Notes under the pieces: generated by a model | What the model was told of the DNA's origin: nothing | The model's input: the letters and a program-made list of their open reading frames with translations, nothing else | Database searches by the model: none | Shown here: one piece after another, positions 9,006 to 21,000 of the stretch | Layout of the letters: every line of letters begins with the position of its first letter | Position numbering within the stretch: the first letter of the stretch is position 1 | Source of the DNA: Eledone cirrhosa | Lineage: Eukaryota | Assembly (NCBI GenBank): GCA_964016885.1 | Contig: OZ024741.1 | Location: forward strand, 322,648,001 to 322,712,000 | Length of the DNA: 64,000 nt | Direction: 5' to 3' | Position numbers and translations under genes: made by a program

Positions 9006-12000
9006 ATGGTAGTTGTTAGTGTTGTAGTTGTTAGTGGTGTAGTTGTTAGTGGTCTAGTTGATAGTGTTGTAGTTGTTAGTGGTGTAGTTGTTAGTGTTAT
9101 AGTTGTTAGTGGTGTAGTTGTTAGTGGTGTAGTTGTTAGTGTTGTAGTTGTTAATGGTGTAGTTGTTAGTGGTGTAGTTGTTAGTGTTGTAGTTGTTAAT
9201 GATGTAGTTGTTAGTGTTGTAGTTGTTAGTGGTGTAGTTGTTAGTGTTGTAGTTGTTAGTGGTGTAGTTGTTAGTGTTGTAGTTGTTAGTGGTGTAGTTG
9301 TTAGTGGTGTAGTGGTTAGTGGTGTAGTTGTTAGTGGTGTAGTTGTTAGAGTTGTAGTTGTTAATGGTGTAGTTGTTAGTGGTGTAGTTGTTAGTGGTGT
9401 AGTTGTTAGTGTTGTAGTTGTTAGTGGTGTAGTTGTTAGTGGTGTAGTTGTTAGTGGTGTAGTTGTTAGTGGTGTAGTTGTTAGAGTTGTAGTTGTTAAT
9501 GGTGTAGTTGTTAGTGGTGTAGTTGTTAGTGTTGTAGTTGTTAGTGGTGTAGTTGTTAGTGGTATAGATGTTAGTGGTGTAGTTGTTAGTGTTGTAGTTG
9601 ATAATGTAGTTGTTAGTGTTGTAGTTGTTAGTGGTGTAGTTGTTAGAATTGTAGTTGTTAGTGGTGTAGTTGTTAGTGGTGTAGTTGTTAGTGTTGTAGT
9701 TGTTAGTGGTGTAGTTGTTAGTGGTGTAGTTGATAGTGCTGTAGTTGTTAGTGTTGTAGTTGTTAGTGGTGTAGATGTTAGTGGTGTAGTTGTTAGTGGT
9801 GTAGTTTTTAGTGTAGTAGTTGTTAGTGGTGTAGTTGTTAGTGATGTAGTTGTTAGTGGTGTAGTTGTTAGTGATGTAGTTGTTAGTGCTGTAGTTGTTA
9901 ATGGTGTAGTTGTTAGTGGTGTAGTTGTTAGTGTTGTAGTTGTTAGTGGTGTAGTTGTTAGTGATGTAGTTGATAGTGGTGTAGTTGTTAGTGGTGTAGT
10001 TGTTAGTGGTGTAGTTGTTAGTGGTGTAGTTGTTAGTGTTGTAGTTGTTAGTGGTGTAGTTGTTAGTGGTGTAGTTGTTAGTGGTGTAGTTGTTAGTGTA
10101 GTAGTTGTTAGTGATGTAGTTGATAGTGGTGTAGTTGATAGTGGTGTAGTTGTTAGTGGTGTAGTTGTTAGTGGTGTAGTTGTTAGTGTTGTAGTTGTTA
10201 GTGGTGTAGATGTTAGTGGTGTAGTTGTTAGTGGTGTAGTTGTTAGTGTAGTAGTTGTTAGTGATGTAGTTGATAGTCGTGTAGTTGTTAGTGGTGTAGT
10301 TGTTAGTGGTGTAGTTGTTAGTGGTGTAGTTGTTAGTGATGTAGTTGATAGTGGTGTAGTTGTTAGTGGTGTAGTTGTTAGTGGTGTAGTTGTTAGTGTA
10401 GTAGTTGTTAGTGATGTAGTTGATAGTGGTGTAGTTGTTAGTGGTGTAGTTGTTAGTGGTGTAGTTGTTAGTGTAGTAGTTGTTAGTGCTGTAGTTGATA
10501 GTGGTGTAGTTGTTAGTGGTGTAGTTGTTAGTGTTGTAGTTGTTAGTGGTGTAGTTGTTAGTGGTGTAGTTGATAGTGCTGTAGTTGTTAGTGGTGTAGA
10601 TGTTAGTGATGTAGTTGATAGTGGTGTACTTGTTAGTGGTGTAGTTGTTAGTGTTGTAGTTGTTAGTGGTGTAGTTGTTAGTGTTGTAGTTGTTAGTGGT
10701 GTAGTTGTTAGTGTTGTAGTTGTTAGTGTTGTAGTTATTAGTGTTGTAGTTGTTAGTGTTGTAGTTGTTAGTGGTGTAGTTGTTAGTGGTGTACTTGATA
10801 GTGTTGTAGTTGTTAATGGTGTAGTTGTTAGTGGTGTAGTTGTTAGTGGTGTAGTTGTTAGTGGTGTAGTTGTTAGTGGTGTAGTTGTTGGTGTTGTAGT
10901 TGTTAGTGGTGTAGTTGTTAGTGGTATAGTTGTTGGTGTTGTAGTTGTTAGTGGTGTAGTTGTTAGTGGTGTAGTTGTTAGTGTTGTAGTTGTTAATGGT
11001 GTAGTTGTTAGTGGTGAAGTTGTTAGTGGTGTAGTTGTTAGTGTTGTAGTTGTTAGTGGTGTAGTTGATAGTGTTGTAGTTGTTAGTGTTGTAGTTGTTA
11101 ATGGTGTAGTTGTTGGTGTTGTAGTTGTTAGTGGTGTAGTTGTTAGTGGTGTAGTTGTTAGTGGTGTAGTTGTTAGTGGTGTAGTTGTTAATGGAGTAGT
11201 TGTTAGTGTTGTAGTTGTTAATGGTGTAGTTGTTAGTGTTGTAGTTGTTAATGGTGTAGTTGTTGTTGTTGTAGTTGTTAGTGGTGTAGTTGTTAGTGGT
11301 GTAGTTGTTAGTGGTGTAGTTGTTAGTGGTGTAGTTGTTAGTGTTGTAGTTGTTAATGGTGTAGTTGTTAGTGGTGTAGTTGTTAGTGTTGTAGTTGTTA
11401 ATGGTGTAGTTGTTAGTGGTGTAGTTGTTAGTGTTGTAGTTCTTAGTGGTGTAGTTGTTAGTGTTGTAGTTGTTAATGGTGTAGTTGTTAGTGGTGTAGT
11501 TGTTAGTGGTGTAGTTGTAGTGTTGTAGTTGTTAATGGTGTAGTTGTTAGTGGTGTAGTTGTTAGTGTTGTAGTTGTTAATGGTGTAGTTGTTAGTGTTG
11601 TAGTTGTTAGTGGTAGATTTGTTAGTGTTGTAGTTGTTAGTGGTGTAGTTGTTAGTGGTGAAGTTGTTAGTGTTGTAGTTATTAGAGGTGTAGTTGTTAG
11701 TGGTGTAGTTGTTAGTGGTGTAGTTGTTAATGGAGTAGTTGTTAGTATTGTAGTTGTTAATGGTGTAGTTGTTAGTGTTGTAGTTGTTAATGGTGTAGTT
11801 GTTGTTGTTGTAGTTGTTAGTGGTGTAGTTGTTAGTGGTGTTGTTGTTAGTGGTGTAGTTGTTAGTGTTGTAGTTGTTAATGGTGTAGTTGTTAGTGGTG
11901 TAGTTGTAGTGTTGTAGTTGTTAATGGTGTAGTTGTTAGTGGTGTAGTTGTTAGTGGTGTAGTTGTTAGTTTTGTAGTTGTTAGTGTTGTAGTTATTAGA

Positions 12001-15000
12001 GGTGTAGTTGTTAGTGGTGTAGTTGTTAGTGGTGTAGTTGTAGTGTTGTAGTTGGTAATGGTGTAGTTGTTAGTGGTGTAGTTGTTAGTGTTGTAGTTGT
12101 TAATGGTGTAGTTGTTAGTGTTGTAGTTGTTAATGGTGTAGTTGTTAGTGGTGAAGTTGTTAGTGGTGTAGTTGTTAGTGTTGTAGTTGTTAATGGTGTA
12201 GTTGTTAGTGTTGTAGTTGTTAATGGTGTAGTTGTTAGTGGTGAAGTTGTTAGTGGTGTAGTTGTTAGTGTTGTAGTTGTTAATGGTGTAGTTGTTAGTG
12301 GTGTAGTTGATAGTGTTGTATTTGTTAGTGGTGTAGTTGTTAGTTGTGTAGTTGTTAGTGTTGTAGTTGTTAATGGTGTAGTTGTTAGTGGTGTAGTTGT
12401 TAGTGGTGTAGTTGTTAGTGGTGTAGTTGTTAATGTTGTAGTTGTTAGTGGTGTAGTTGTTAATGTTGTAGTTGTTAGTGGTGTAGTTGTTAGTGGTGTA
12501 GTTGTTAGTGTTGTAGTTGTTAGTGGTGTAGTTGTTAGTGGTGGACTTGTTAGTGGTGTAGTTGTTAGTGTTGTAGTTGTTAATGGTGTAGTTGTTAGTG
12601 GTCAAGTTGTTAGTGATGTAGTTGTTAGTGTTGTAGTTGTTAGTGGTGTAGTTGTTGGTGTTGTAGTTGTTAGTGGTGTAGTTGTTAGTGGTGTAGTTGT
12701 TAGTGTTGTAGTTGTTAATGGTGTAGTTGTTAGTGGTGAAGTTGTTAGTGGTGTAGTTGTTAGTGTTGTAGTTGTTAGTGGTGTAGTTGATAGTGTTGTA
12801 GTTGTTAGTGTTGTAGTTGTTAATGGTGTAGATGTTGGTGTTGTAGTTGTTAGTGGTGTAGTTGTTAGTGGTGTAGTTGTTAGTGGTGTAGTTGTTAGTG
12901 GTGTAGTTGTTAATGGAGTAGTTGTTAGTGTTGTAGTTGTAAATGGTGTAGTTGTTAGTGTTGTAGTTGTTAATGGTGTAGTTGTTGTTGTAGTTGTTAG
13001 TGGTGTAGTTGTTAGTGGTGTAGTTGTTAGTGGTGTAGTTGTTAGTGGTGTAGTTGTTAGTGTTGTAGTTGTTAATGGTGTAGTTGTTAGTGGTGTAGTT
13101 GTTAGTGTTGTAGTTGTTAATGGTGTAGTTGTTAGTGGTGTAGTTGTTAGTGTTGTAGTTGTTAGTGGTGTAGTTGTTAGTGTTGTAGTTGTTAATGGTG
13201 TAGTTGTTAGTGGTGTAGTTGTTAGTGGTGTAGTTGTTAGTGGTGTAGTTGTAGTGTTGTAGATGTTAATGGTGTAGTTGTTAGTGGTGTAGTTAGTGTT
13301 GTAGTTGTTAATGGGGTAGTTGTTAGTGTTGTAGTTGTTAGTGGTAGATTTGTTAGTGTTGTAGTTGTTAGTGGTGTAGTTGTTAGTGGTGAAGTTGTTA
13401 GTGTTGTAGTTGTTAATGGTGTAGTTGTTAGTGGTGTAGTTGTTACTGGTGTAGTTGTTAGTCTTGTAGTTGTTAGTGTTGTAGTTATTAGAGGTGTAGT
13501 TGTTAGTGGTGTAGTTGTTAGTGGTGTAGTTGTTAGTGGTGTAGTTGTTAGTATTGTAGTTGTTAATGGTGTAGTTGCTAGTGTTGTAGTTGTTAGTGGT
13601 AGATTTGTTAGTGTTGTAGTTGTTAGTGGTGTAGTTGTTAGTGGTGTAGCTGTAGTGTTGTAGTTGTTAATGGTGTAGTTGTTAGTGGTGTAGTTGTTAG
13701 TGTTGTAGTTGTTAATGGTGTAGTTGTTAGTGTTGTAGTTGTTAGTGATATAGTTCTTAGTGTTGTAGTTGTTAGTGGTGTAGTTGTAGGGTTGTAGTTG
13801 TTAATGGTGAAGTTGTTAGTGGTGTAGTTGTTAGTGGTGTAGTCGTTAGTGGTGTAGTTGTTAGTGGTGTAGTTGTTAGTGTAGTAGTTGTTAGTGATGT
13901 AGTTGATAGTGGTGTAGTTGTTAGTGGTGTAGTTGTTAGTGGTGTAGTTGTTAGTGGTGTAGTTGTTAGTGGTGTAGTTGTTAGTGTAGTAGTTGTTAGT
14001 GTTGTAATTGTTAGTGGTGTAGTTGTTAGTGGTGTAGTTGATAGTGCTGTAGTTGTTAGTGGTGTAGATGTTAGTGATGTAGTTGTTAGTGGTGTAGTTG
14101 TTAGTGTAGTAGTTGTTAGTGATGTAGTTGATAGTGGTGTAGTTGTTAGTGGTGTAGTTGTTAGTGGTGTAGTTGTTAGTGGTGTAGTTGTTAGTGGTGT
14201 AGTTGTTAGTGTAGTAGTTGTTAGTGATGTAGTTGTTAGTGTTGTAGTTGTTAATGGTGTAGTTGTTAGTGGTGTAGTTGTTAGTGGGGTAGTTGTTAGT
14301 GGTGTAGTTGTAGTGTTGTAGTTGTTAATGGTGTAGTTGTTAGTGGTGTAGTTAGTGTTGTAGTTGTTAATGGGGTAGTTGTTAGTGTTGTAGTTGTTAG
14401 TGGTAGATTTGTTAGTGTTGTAGTTGTTAGTGGTGTAGTTGTTAGTGGTGAAGTTGTTAGTGTTGTAGTTGTTAATGGTGTAGTTGTTAGTGGTGTAGTT
14501 GTTACTGGTGTAGTTGTTAGTGTTGTAGTTGTTAGTGTTGTAGTTATTAGAGGTGTAGTTGTTAGTGGTGTAGTTGTTAGTGGTGTAGTTGTTAGTGGTG
14601 TAGTTGTTAGTGTTGTAGTTGTTCAGGGTGTAGTTGCTAGTGTTGTAGTTGTTAGTGGTAGATTTTTTAGTGTTGTAGTTGTTAGTGGTGTAGTTGTTAG
14701 TGGTGTAGTTGTAGTGTTGTAGTTGTTAATGGTGTAGTTGTTAGTGGTGTAGTTGTTAGTGTTGTAGTTGTTAATGGTGTAGTTGTTAGCGTTGTAGTTG
14801 TTAGTGGTATAGTTCTTAGTGTTGTAGTTGTTAGTGGTGTAGTTGTAGTGTTGTAGTTGTTAATGGTGTAGTTGTTAGTGGTGTAGTTGTTAGTGGTGTA
14901 GTTGTTAGGGGTGTAGTTGTTAGTGGTGTAGTTATTAGTGGTGTAGTTGTTAGTGGTGTAGTTGTTAGTGGTGTAGTTGTAGTGTTGTAGTTGTTAATGG

Positions 15001-18000
15001 TGTAGTTGTTAGTGGTGTAGTTGTTAGTGGTGTAGTTGTTAGTGGTGTAGTTGTTAGTGGTGTAGTTGTTAGTGGTGTAGTTGTAGTGTTGTAGTTGTTA
15101 ATGGTGTAGTTGTTAGTGGTGTAGTTGTTAGTGTTGTAGTTGTTAATGGTGTAGTTGATAGTGGTGTAGTTGTTAGTGTTGTAGTTATTAGTGTTGTAGT
15201 TGTTAGTGGTGTAGTTGTTAGAATTGTAGTTGTTAGTGGTGTAGTTGTTAGTGGTGTAGTTGTTAGTGTTGTAGTTGTTAATGGTGTAATTGTTAGTGGT
15301 GTAGTTGATAGTGCTGTAGTTGTTAGTGGTGTAGATGTTAGTGGTGTAGTTGTTAGTGGTGTAGTTGTTAGTGTAGTAGTTGTTAGTGATGTAGTTGATA
15401 GTGGTGTAGTTGTTAGTGGTGTAGTTGTTAGTGGTGTAGTTGTTAGTGGTGTAGTTGTTAGTGGTGTAGTTGTTAGTGTAGTAGTTGTTAGTGTTGTAAT
15501 TGTTAGTGGTGTAGTTGTTAGTGGTGTAGTTGATAGTGCTGTAGTTGTTAGTGGTGTAGATGTTAGTGATATAGTTGTTAGTGGTGTAGTTGTTAGTGTA
15601 GTAGTTGTTAGTGATGTAGTTGATAGTGGTGTAGTTGTTCGTGGTGTAGTTGTTAGTGGTGTAGTTGTTAGTGGTGTAGTTGTTAGTGGTGTAGTTGTTA
15701 GTGTAGTAGTTGTTAGTGATGTAGTTGATAGTAGTGTAGTTGTTAGTGGTGTAGTTGTTAGTGGTGTAGTTGTTAGTGGTGTAGTTGTTAGTGGTGTAGT
15801 TGTTAGTGGTGTAGTTGTTAGTGTTGTAGTTGTTAATGGTATAGTTGTTAGTGGTGTAGTTGTTAGTGTTGTAGTTGTTAGTGGTGTAGTTGTTAGTGGT
15901 GCAGTTGTTAGTGGTGTAGTTGTTAGTGTTGTAGTTGTTAATGGTGTAGTTGTTAGTGGTGAAGTTGTTAGTGGTGTAGTTGTTAGTGTTGTAATTGTTA
16001 ATGGTGTAGTTGTTAGTGGTGAAGTTGTTAGTGGTGTAGTTGTTAGTGTTGTAGTTGTTAATGGTGTAGTTGTTAGTGGTGTAGTTGTTAGTTGTGTAGT
16101 TGTTAGTGTTGTAGTTGTTAGTGGTGTAGTTGTTAGTGGTGTAGTTGTTAGTGGTGTAGTTGTTAGTGGTGTAGTTGTTAATGTTGTAGTTGTTAGTGGT
16201 GTAGTTGTTAATGTTGTAGTTGTTAATGGTGTAGTTGTTAATGTTGTAGTTGTTAGTGGTGTAGTTGTTAGTGGTGTAGTTGTTAGTGTTGTAGTTGTTA
16301 GTGGTGTAGTTGTTAGTGGTGGACTTGTTAGTGGTGTAGTTGTTAGTGTTGTAGTTGTTAGTGATGTAGTTGATAGTGGTGTAGTTGTTAGTGGTGTAGT
16401 TGTTAGTGGTGTAGTTGTTAGTGGTGTAGTTGTTAGTGGTGTAGTTGTTAGTGTTGTAGTTGTTAATGGTGTAGTTGTTTGTGGTGTAGTTGTTAGTGTT
16501 GTAGTTGTTAGTGGTGTAGTTGTTAGTGGTGGAGTTATTAGTGGTGTAGTTGTTAGTGTTGTAGTTGTTAGTGGTGTAGTTGTTAGTGGTGGAGTTGTTA
16601 GTGGTGTAGTTGTTAGTGTTGTAGTTGTTAATGGTGTAGTTGTTAGTGGTGAAGTTGTTAGTGGTGTAGTTGTTAATGGTGTAGTTGTTAGTGGTGTAGT
16701 TGTTAGTGTTGTAGTTGTTAATGGTGTAGTTGTTAGCGTTGTAGTTGTTAGTGGTATAGTTCTTAGTGTTGTAGTTGTTAGTGGTGTAGTTGTAGTGTTG
16801 TAGTTGTTAATGGTGTAGTTGTTAGTGGTGTAGTTGTTAGTGGTGTAGTTGTTAGTGGTGTAGTTGTTAGTGGTGTAGTTATTAGTGGTGTAGTTGTTAG
16901 TGGTGTAGTTGTTAGTGGTGTAGTTGTAGTGTTGTAGTTGTTAATGGTGTAGATGTTAGTGGTGTAGTTGTTAGTGGTGTAGTTGTTAGTGGTGTAGTTG
17001 TTAGTGGTGTAGTTGTTAGTGGTGTAGTTGTAGTGTTGTAGTTGTTAATGGTGTAGTTGTTAGTGGTGTAGTTGTTAGTGTTGTAGTTGTTAATGGTGTA
17101 GTTGATAGTGGTGTAGTTGTTAGTGTTGTAGTTATTAGTGTTGTAGTTGTTAGTGGTGTAGTTATTAGAATTGTAGTTGTTAGTGGTGTAGTTGTTAGTG
17201 GTGTAGTTGTTAGTGTTGTAGTTGTTAATGGTGTAATTGTTAGTGGTGTAGTTGATAGTGCTGTAGTTGTTAGTGGTGTAGATGTTAGTGGTGTAGTTGT
17301 TAGTGGTGTAGTTGTTAGTGTAGTAGTTGTTAGTGATGTAGTTGATAGTGGTGTAGTTGTTAGTGGTGTAGTTGTTAGTGGTGTAGTTGTTAGTGGTGTA
17401 GTTGTTAGTGGTGTAGTTGTCAGTGTAGTAGTTGTTAGTGTTGTAATTGTTAGTGGTGTAGTTGTTAGTGGTGTAGTTGATAGTGCTGTAGTTGTTAGTG
17501 GTGTAGATGTTAGTGATATAGTTGTTAGTGGTGTAGTTGTTAGTGTAGTAGTTGTTAGTGATGTAGTTGATAGTGGTGTAGTTGTTAGTGGTGTAGTTGT
17601 TAGTGGTGTAGTTGTTAGTGGTGTAGTTGTTAGTGGTGTAGTTGTTAGTGTAGTAGTTGTTAGTGATGTAGTTGATAGTGGTGTAGTTGTTAGTGGTGTA
17701 GTTGTTAGTGGTGTAGTTGTTAGTGGTGTAGTTGTTAGTGGTGTAGTTGTTAGTGGTGTAGTTGTTAGTGTTGTAGTTGTTAATGGTGTAGTTGTTAGTG
17801 GTGTAGTTGTTAGTGTTGTAGTTGTTAGTGGTGTAGTTGTTAGTGGTGGAGTTGTTAGTGGTGTAGTTGTTAGTGTTGTAGTTGTTAATGGTGTAGTTGT
17901 TAGTGGTGAATTTGTTAGTGGTGTAGTTGTTAGTGTTGTAATTGTTAATGGTGTAGTTGTTAGTGGTGAAGTTGTTAGTGGTGTAGTTGTTAGTGTTGTA

Positions 18001-21000
18001 GTTGTTAATGGTGTAGTTGTTAGTGGTGTAGTTGTTAGTGTTGTAGTTGTTAGTGGTGTAATTGTTAGTTGTGTAGTTGTTAGTGTTGTAGTTGTTAGTG
18101 GTGTAGTTGTTAGTGGTGTAGTTGTTAGTGGTGTAGTTGTTAGTGGTGTAGTTGTTAATGTTGTAGTTGTTAGTGGTGTAGTTGTTAATGTTGTAGTTGT
18201 TAATGGTGTAGTTGTTAAAGTTGTAGTTGTTAGTGGTGTAGTTGTTAGTGGTGTAGTTGTTAGTGTTGTAGTTGTTAGTGGTGTAGTTGTTAGTGGTGGA
18301 CTTGTTAGTGGTGTAGTTGTTAGTGTTGTAGTTGTTAGTGATGTAGTTGATAGTGGTGTAGTTGTTAGTGGTGTAGTTGTTAGTGGTGTAGTTGTTAGTG
18401 GTGTAGTTGTTAGTGGTGTAGTTGTTAGTGGTGTAGTTGTTAGTGTTGTAGTTGTTAATGGTGTAGTTGTTTGTGGTGTAGTTGTTAGTGTTGTAGTTGT
18501 TAGTGGTGTAGTTGTTAGTGGTGGAGTTGTTAGTGGTGTAGTTGTTAGTGTTGTAGTTGTTAGTGGTGTAGTTGTTAGTGGTGGAGTTGTTAGTGGTGTA
18601 GTTGTTAGTGTTGTAGTTGTTAATGAGTAGTTGTTAGTGGTGTAGTTGTTAGTGTTGTAGTTGTTAGTGGTGAAGTTGTTAGTTGTGTAGTTGTTAGTGG
18701 TGTAGTTGTTAGTGATGTAGTTGTTAATGTTGTAGTTGTTAGTGGTGTAGTTGTTAATGTTGTAGTTGTTAATGGTGTAGTTGTTAATGTTGTAGTTGTT
18801 AGTGGTGTAGTTGTTAGTGGTGTAGTTGTTAGTGTTGTAGTTGTTAGTGGTGTAGTTGTTAGTGGTGGACTTGTTAGTGGTGTAGTTGTTAGTGTTGTAG
18901 TTGTTAATGGTGTAGTTGTTAGTGGTGAAGTTGTTAGTGGTGTAGTTGTTAGTGTTGTAGTTGTTAGTGGTGTAGTTGTTAGTGTTGTAGTTGTTAGTGG
19001 TGTACTTGTTAGTGTTGTAGTTGTTAATAGTGTAGTTGTTAGTGTTGTAGTTGTTAATGGTGTAGTTGTTAGTGGTCCAGTTGTTAGTGATGTAGTTGTT
19101 AGTGTTGTAGTTGTTAGTGGTGTAGTTGTTGGTGTTGTAGTTGTTAGTGGTGTAGTTGTAGTGTTGTAGTTGTTAGTGGTGTAGTTGTTAGTGGTGGAGT
19201 TGTTAGTGGTGTAGTTGTTAGTGTTGTAGTTGTTAATGGTGTAGTTGTTAGTGGTGAAGTTGTTAGTGGTGTAGTTGTTAGTGTTGTAGTTGTTAATGGT
19301 GTAGTTGTTAGTGGTGAAGTTGTTAGTGGTGTAGTTGTTAGTGTTGTAGTTGTTAATGGTGTAGTTGTTAGTGGTGTAGTTGTTAGTGTTGTAGTTGTTA
19401 GTGGTGTAGTTGTTAGTTGTGTAGTTGTTAGTGTTGTAGTTGTTAATGGTGTAGTTGTTAATGGTGTAGTTGGTAGTGGTGTAGTTGTTAGTGGTGTAGT
19501 TGTTAATGTTGTAGTTGTTAGTGGTGTAGTTGTTAATGTTGTAGTTGTTAGTGTTGTAGTTGTTAATGGTGTAGTTGTTAGTGGTCAAGTTGTTAGTGAT
19601 GTAGTTGTTAGTGTTGTAGTTGTTAGTGGTGTAGTTGTTGGTGTTGTAGTTGTTAGTGGTGTAGTTGTTAGTGGTGTAGTTGTAAGTGTTGTAGTTGTTA
19701 GTGGTGTAGTTGATAGTGTTGTAGTTGTTAGTGTTGTAGTTGTTAATGGTGTAGTTGTTGGTGTTGTAGTTGTTAGTGGTGTAGTTGTTAATGGTGTAGT
19801 TGTTAATGGAGTAGTTGTTAGTGTTGTAGTTGTTAATGGTGTAGTTGTTAGTGTTGTAGTTGTTAATGGTGTAGTTGTTGTTGTTGTAGTTGTTAGTGGT
19901 GTAGTTGTTAGTGGTGTAGTTGTTAGTGGTGTAGTCGTTAGTGGTGGAGTTGTTAGTGGTGTAGTTGTAGTGTTGTAGTTGTTAATGGTGTAGTTGTTAG
20001 TGGTGTAGTTGTTAGTGTTGTAGTTGTTAATGGTGTAGTTGTTAGTGTTGTAGTTGTTAGTGGTATAGTTCTTAGTGTTGTAGTTGTTAGTGGTGTAGTT
20101 GTAGTGTTGTAGTTGTTAATGGTGTAGTTGTTAGTGGTGTAGTTGTTAGTGGTGTGGTTGTTAGTGGTGTAGTTGTTAGTGGTGTAGTTGTTAGTGGTGT
20201 AGTTGTTAGTGTTGTAGTTGTTAGTGGTGTAGTTGATAGTGTTGTAGTTGTTAGTGTTGTAGTTGTTAATGGTGTAGTTGTTGGTGTTGTAGTTGTTAGT
20301 GGTGTAGTTGTTAGTGGTGTAGTTGTTAGTGGTGTAGTTGTTAGTGGTGTAGTTGTTAATGGAGTAGTTGTCAGTGTTGTAGTTGTAAATGGTGTAGTTG
20401 TTAGTGTTGTAGTTGTTAATGGTGTAGTTGTTGTTGTTGTAGTTGTTAGTGGTGTAGTTGTTAGTGGTGTAGTTGTTAGTGGTGTAGTTGTTAGTGTTGT
20501 AGTTGTTAATGGTGTAGTTGTTAGTGTTGTAGTTGTTAGTGGTATAGTTCTTAGTGTTGTAGTTTTTAGTGGTGTAGTTGTAGTGTTGTAGTTGTTAATG
20601 GTGTAGTTGTTAGTGGTGTAGTTGTTAGTGGTGTAGTTGTTAGTGGTGTAGTTGTTAGTGGTGTAGTTATTAGTGGTGTAGTTGTTAGTGGTGTAGTTGT
20701 CAGTGGTGTAGTTGTAGTGTTGTAGTTGTTAATGGTGTAGTTGTTAGTGGTGTAGTTGTTAGTGTTGTAGTTGTTAATGGTGTAGTTGATAGTGGTGTAG
20801 TTGTTAGTGTTGTAGTTATTAGTGTTGTAGTTGTTAGTGGTGTAGTTGTTAGAATTGTAGTTGTTAGTGGTGTAGTTGTTAGTGGTGTAGTTGTTAGTGT
20901 TGTAGTTGTTAATGGTGTAATTGTTAGTGGTGTAGTTGATAGTGCTGTAGTTGTTAGTGGTGTAGATGTTAGTGGTGTAGTTGTTAGTGGTGTAGTTGTT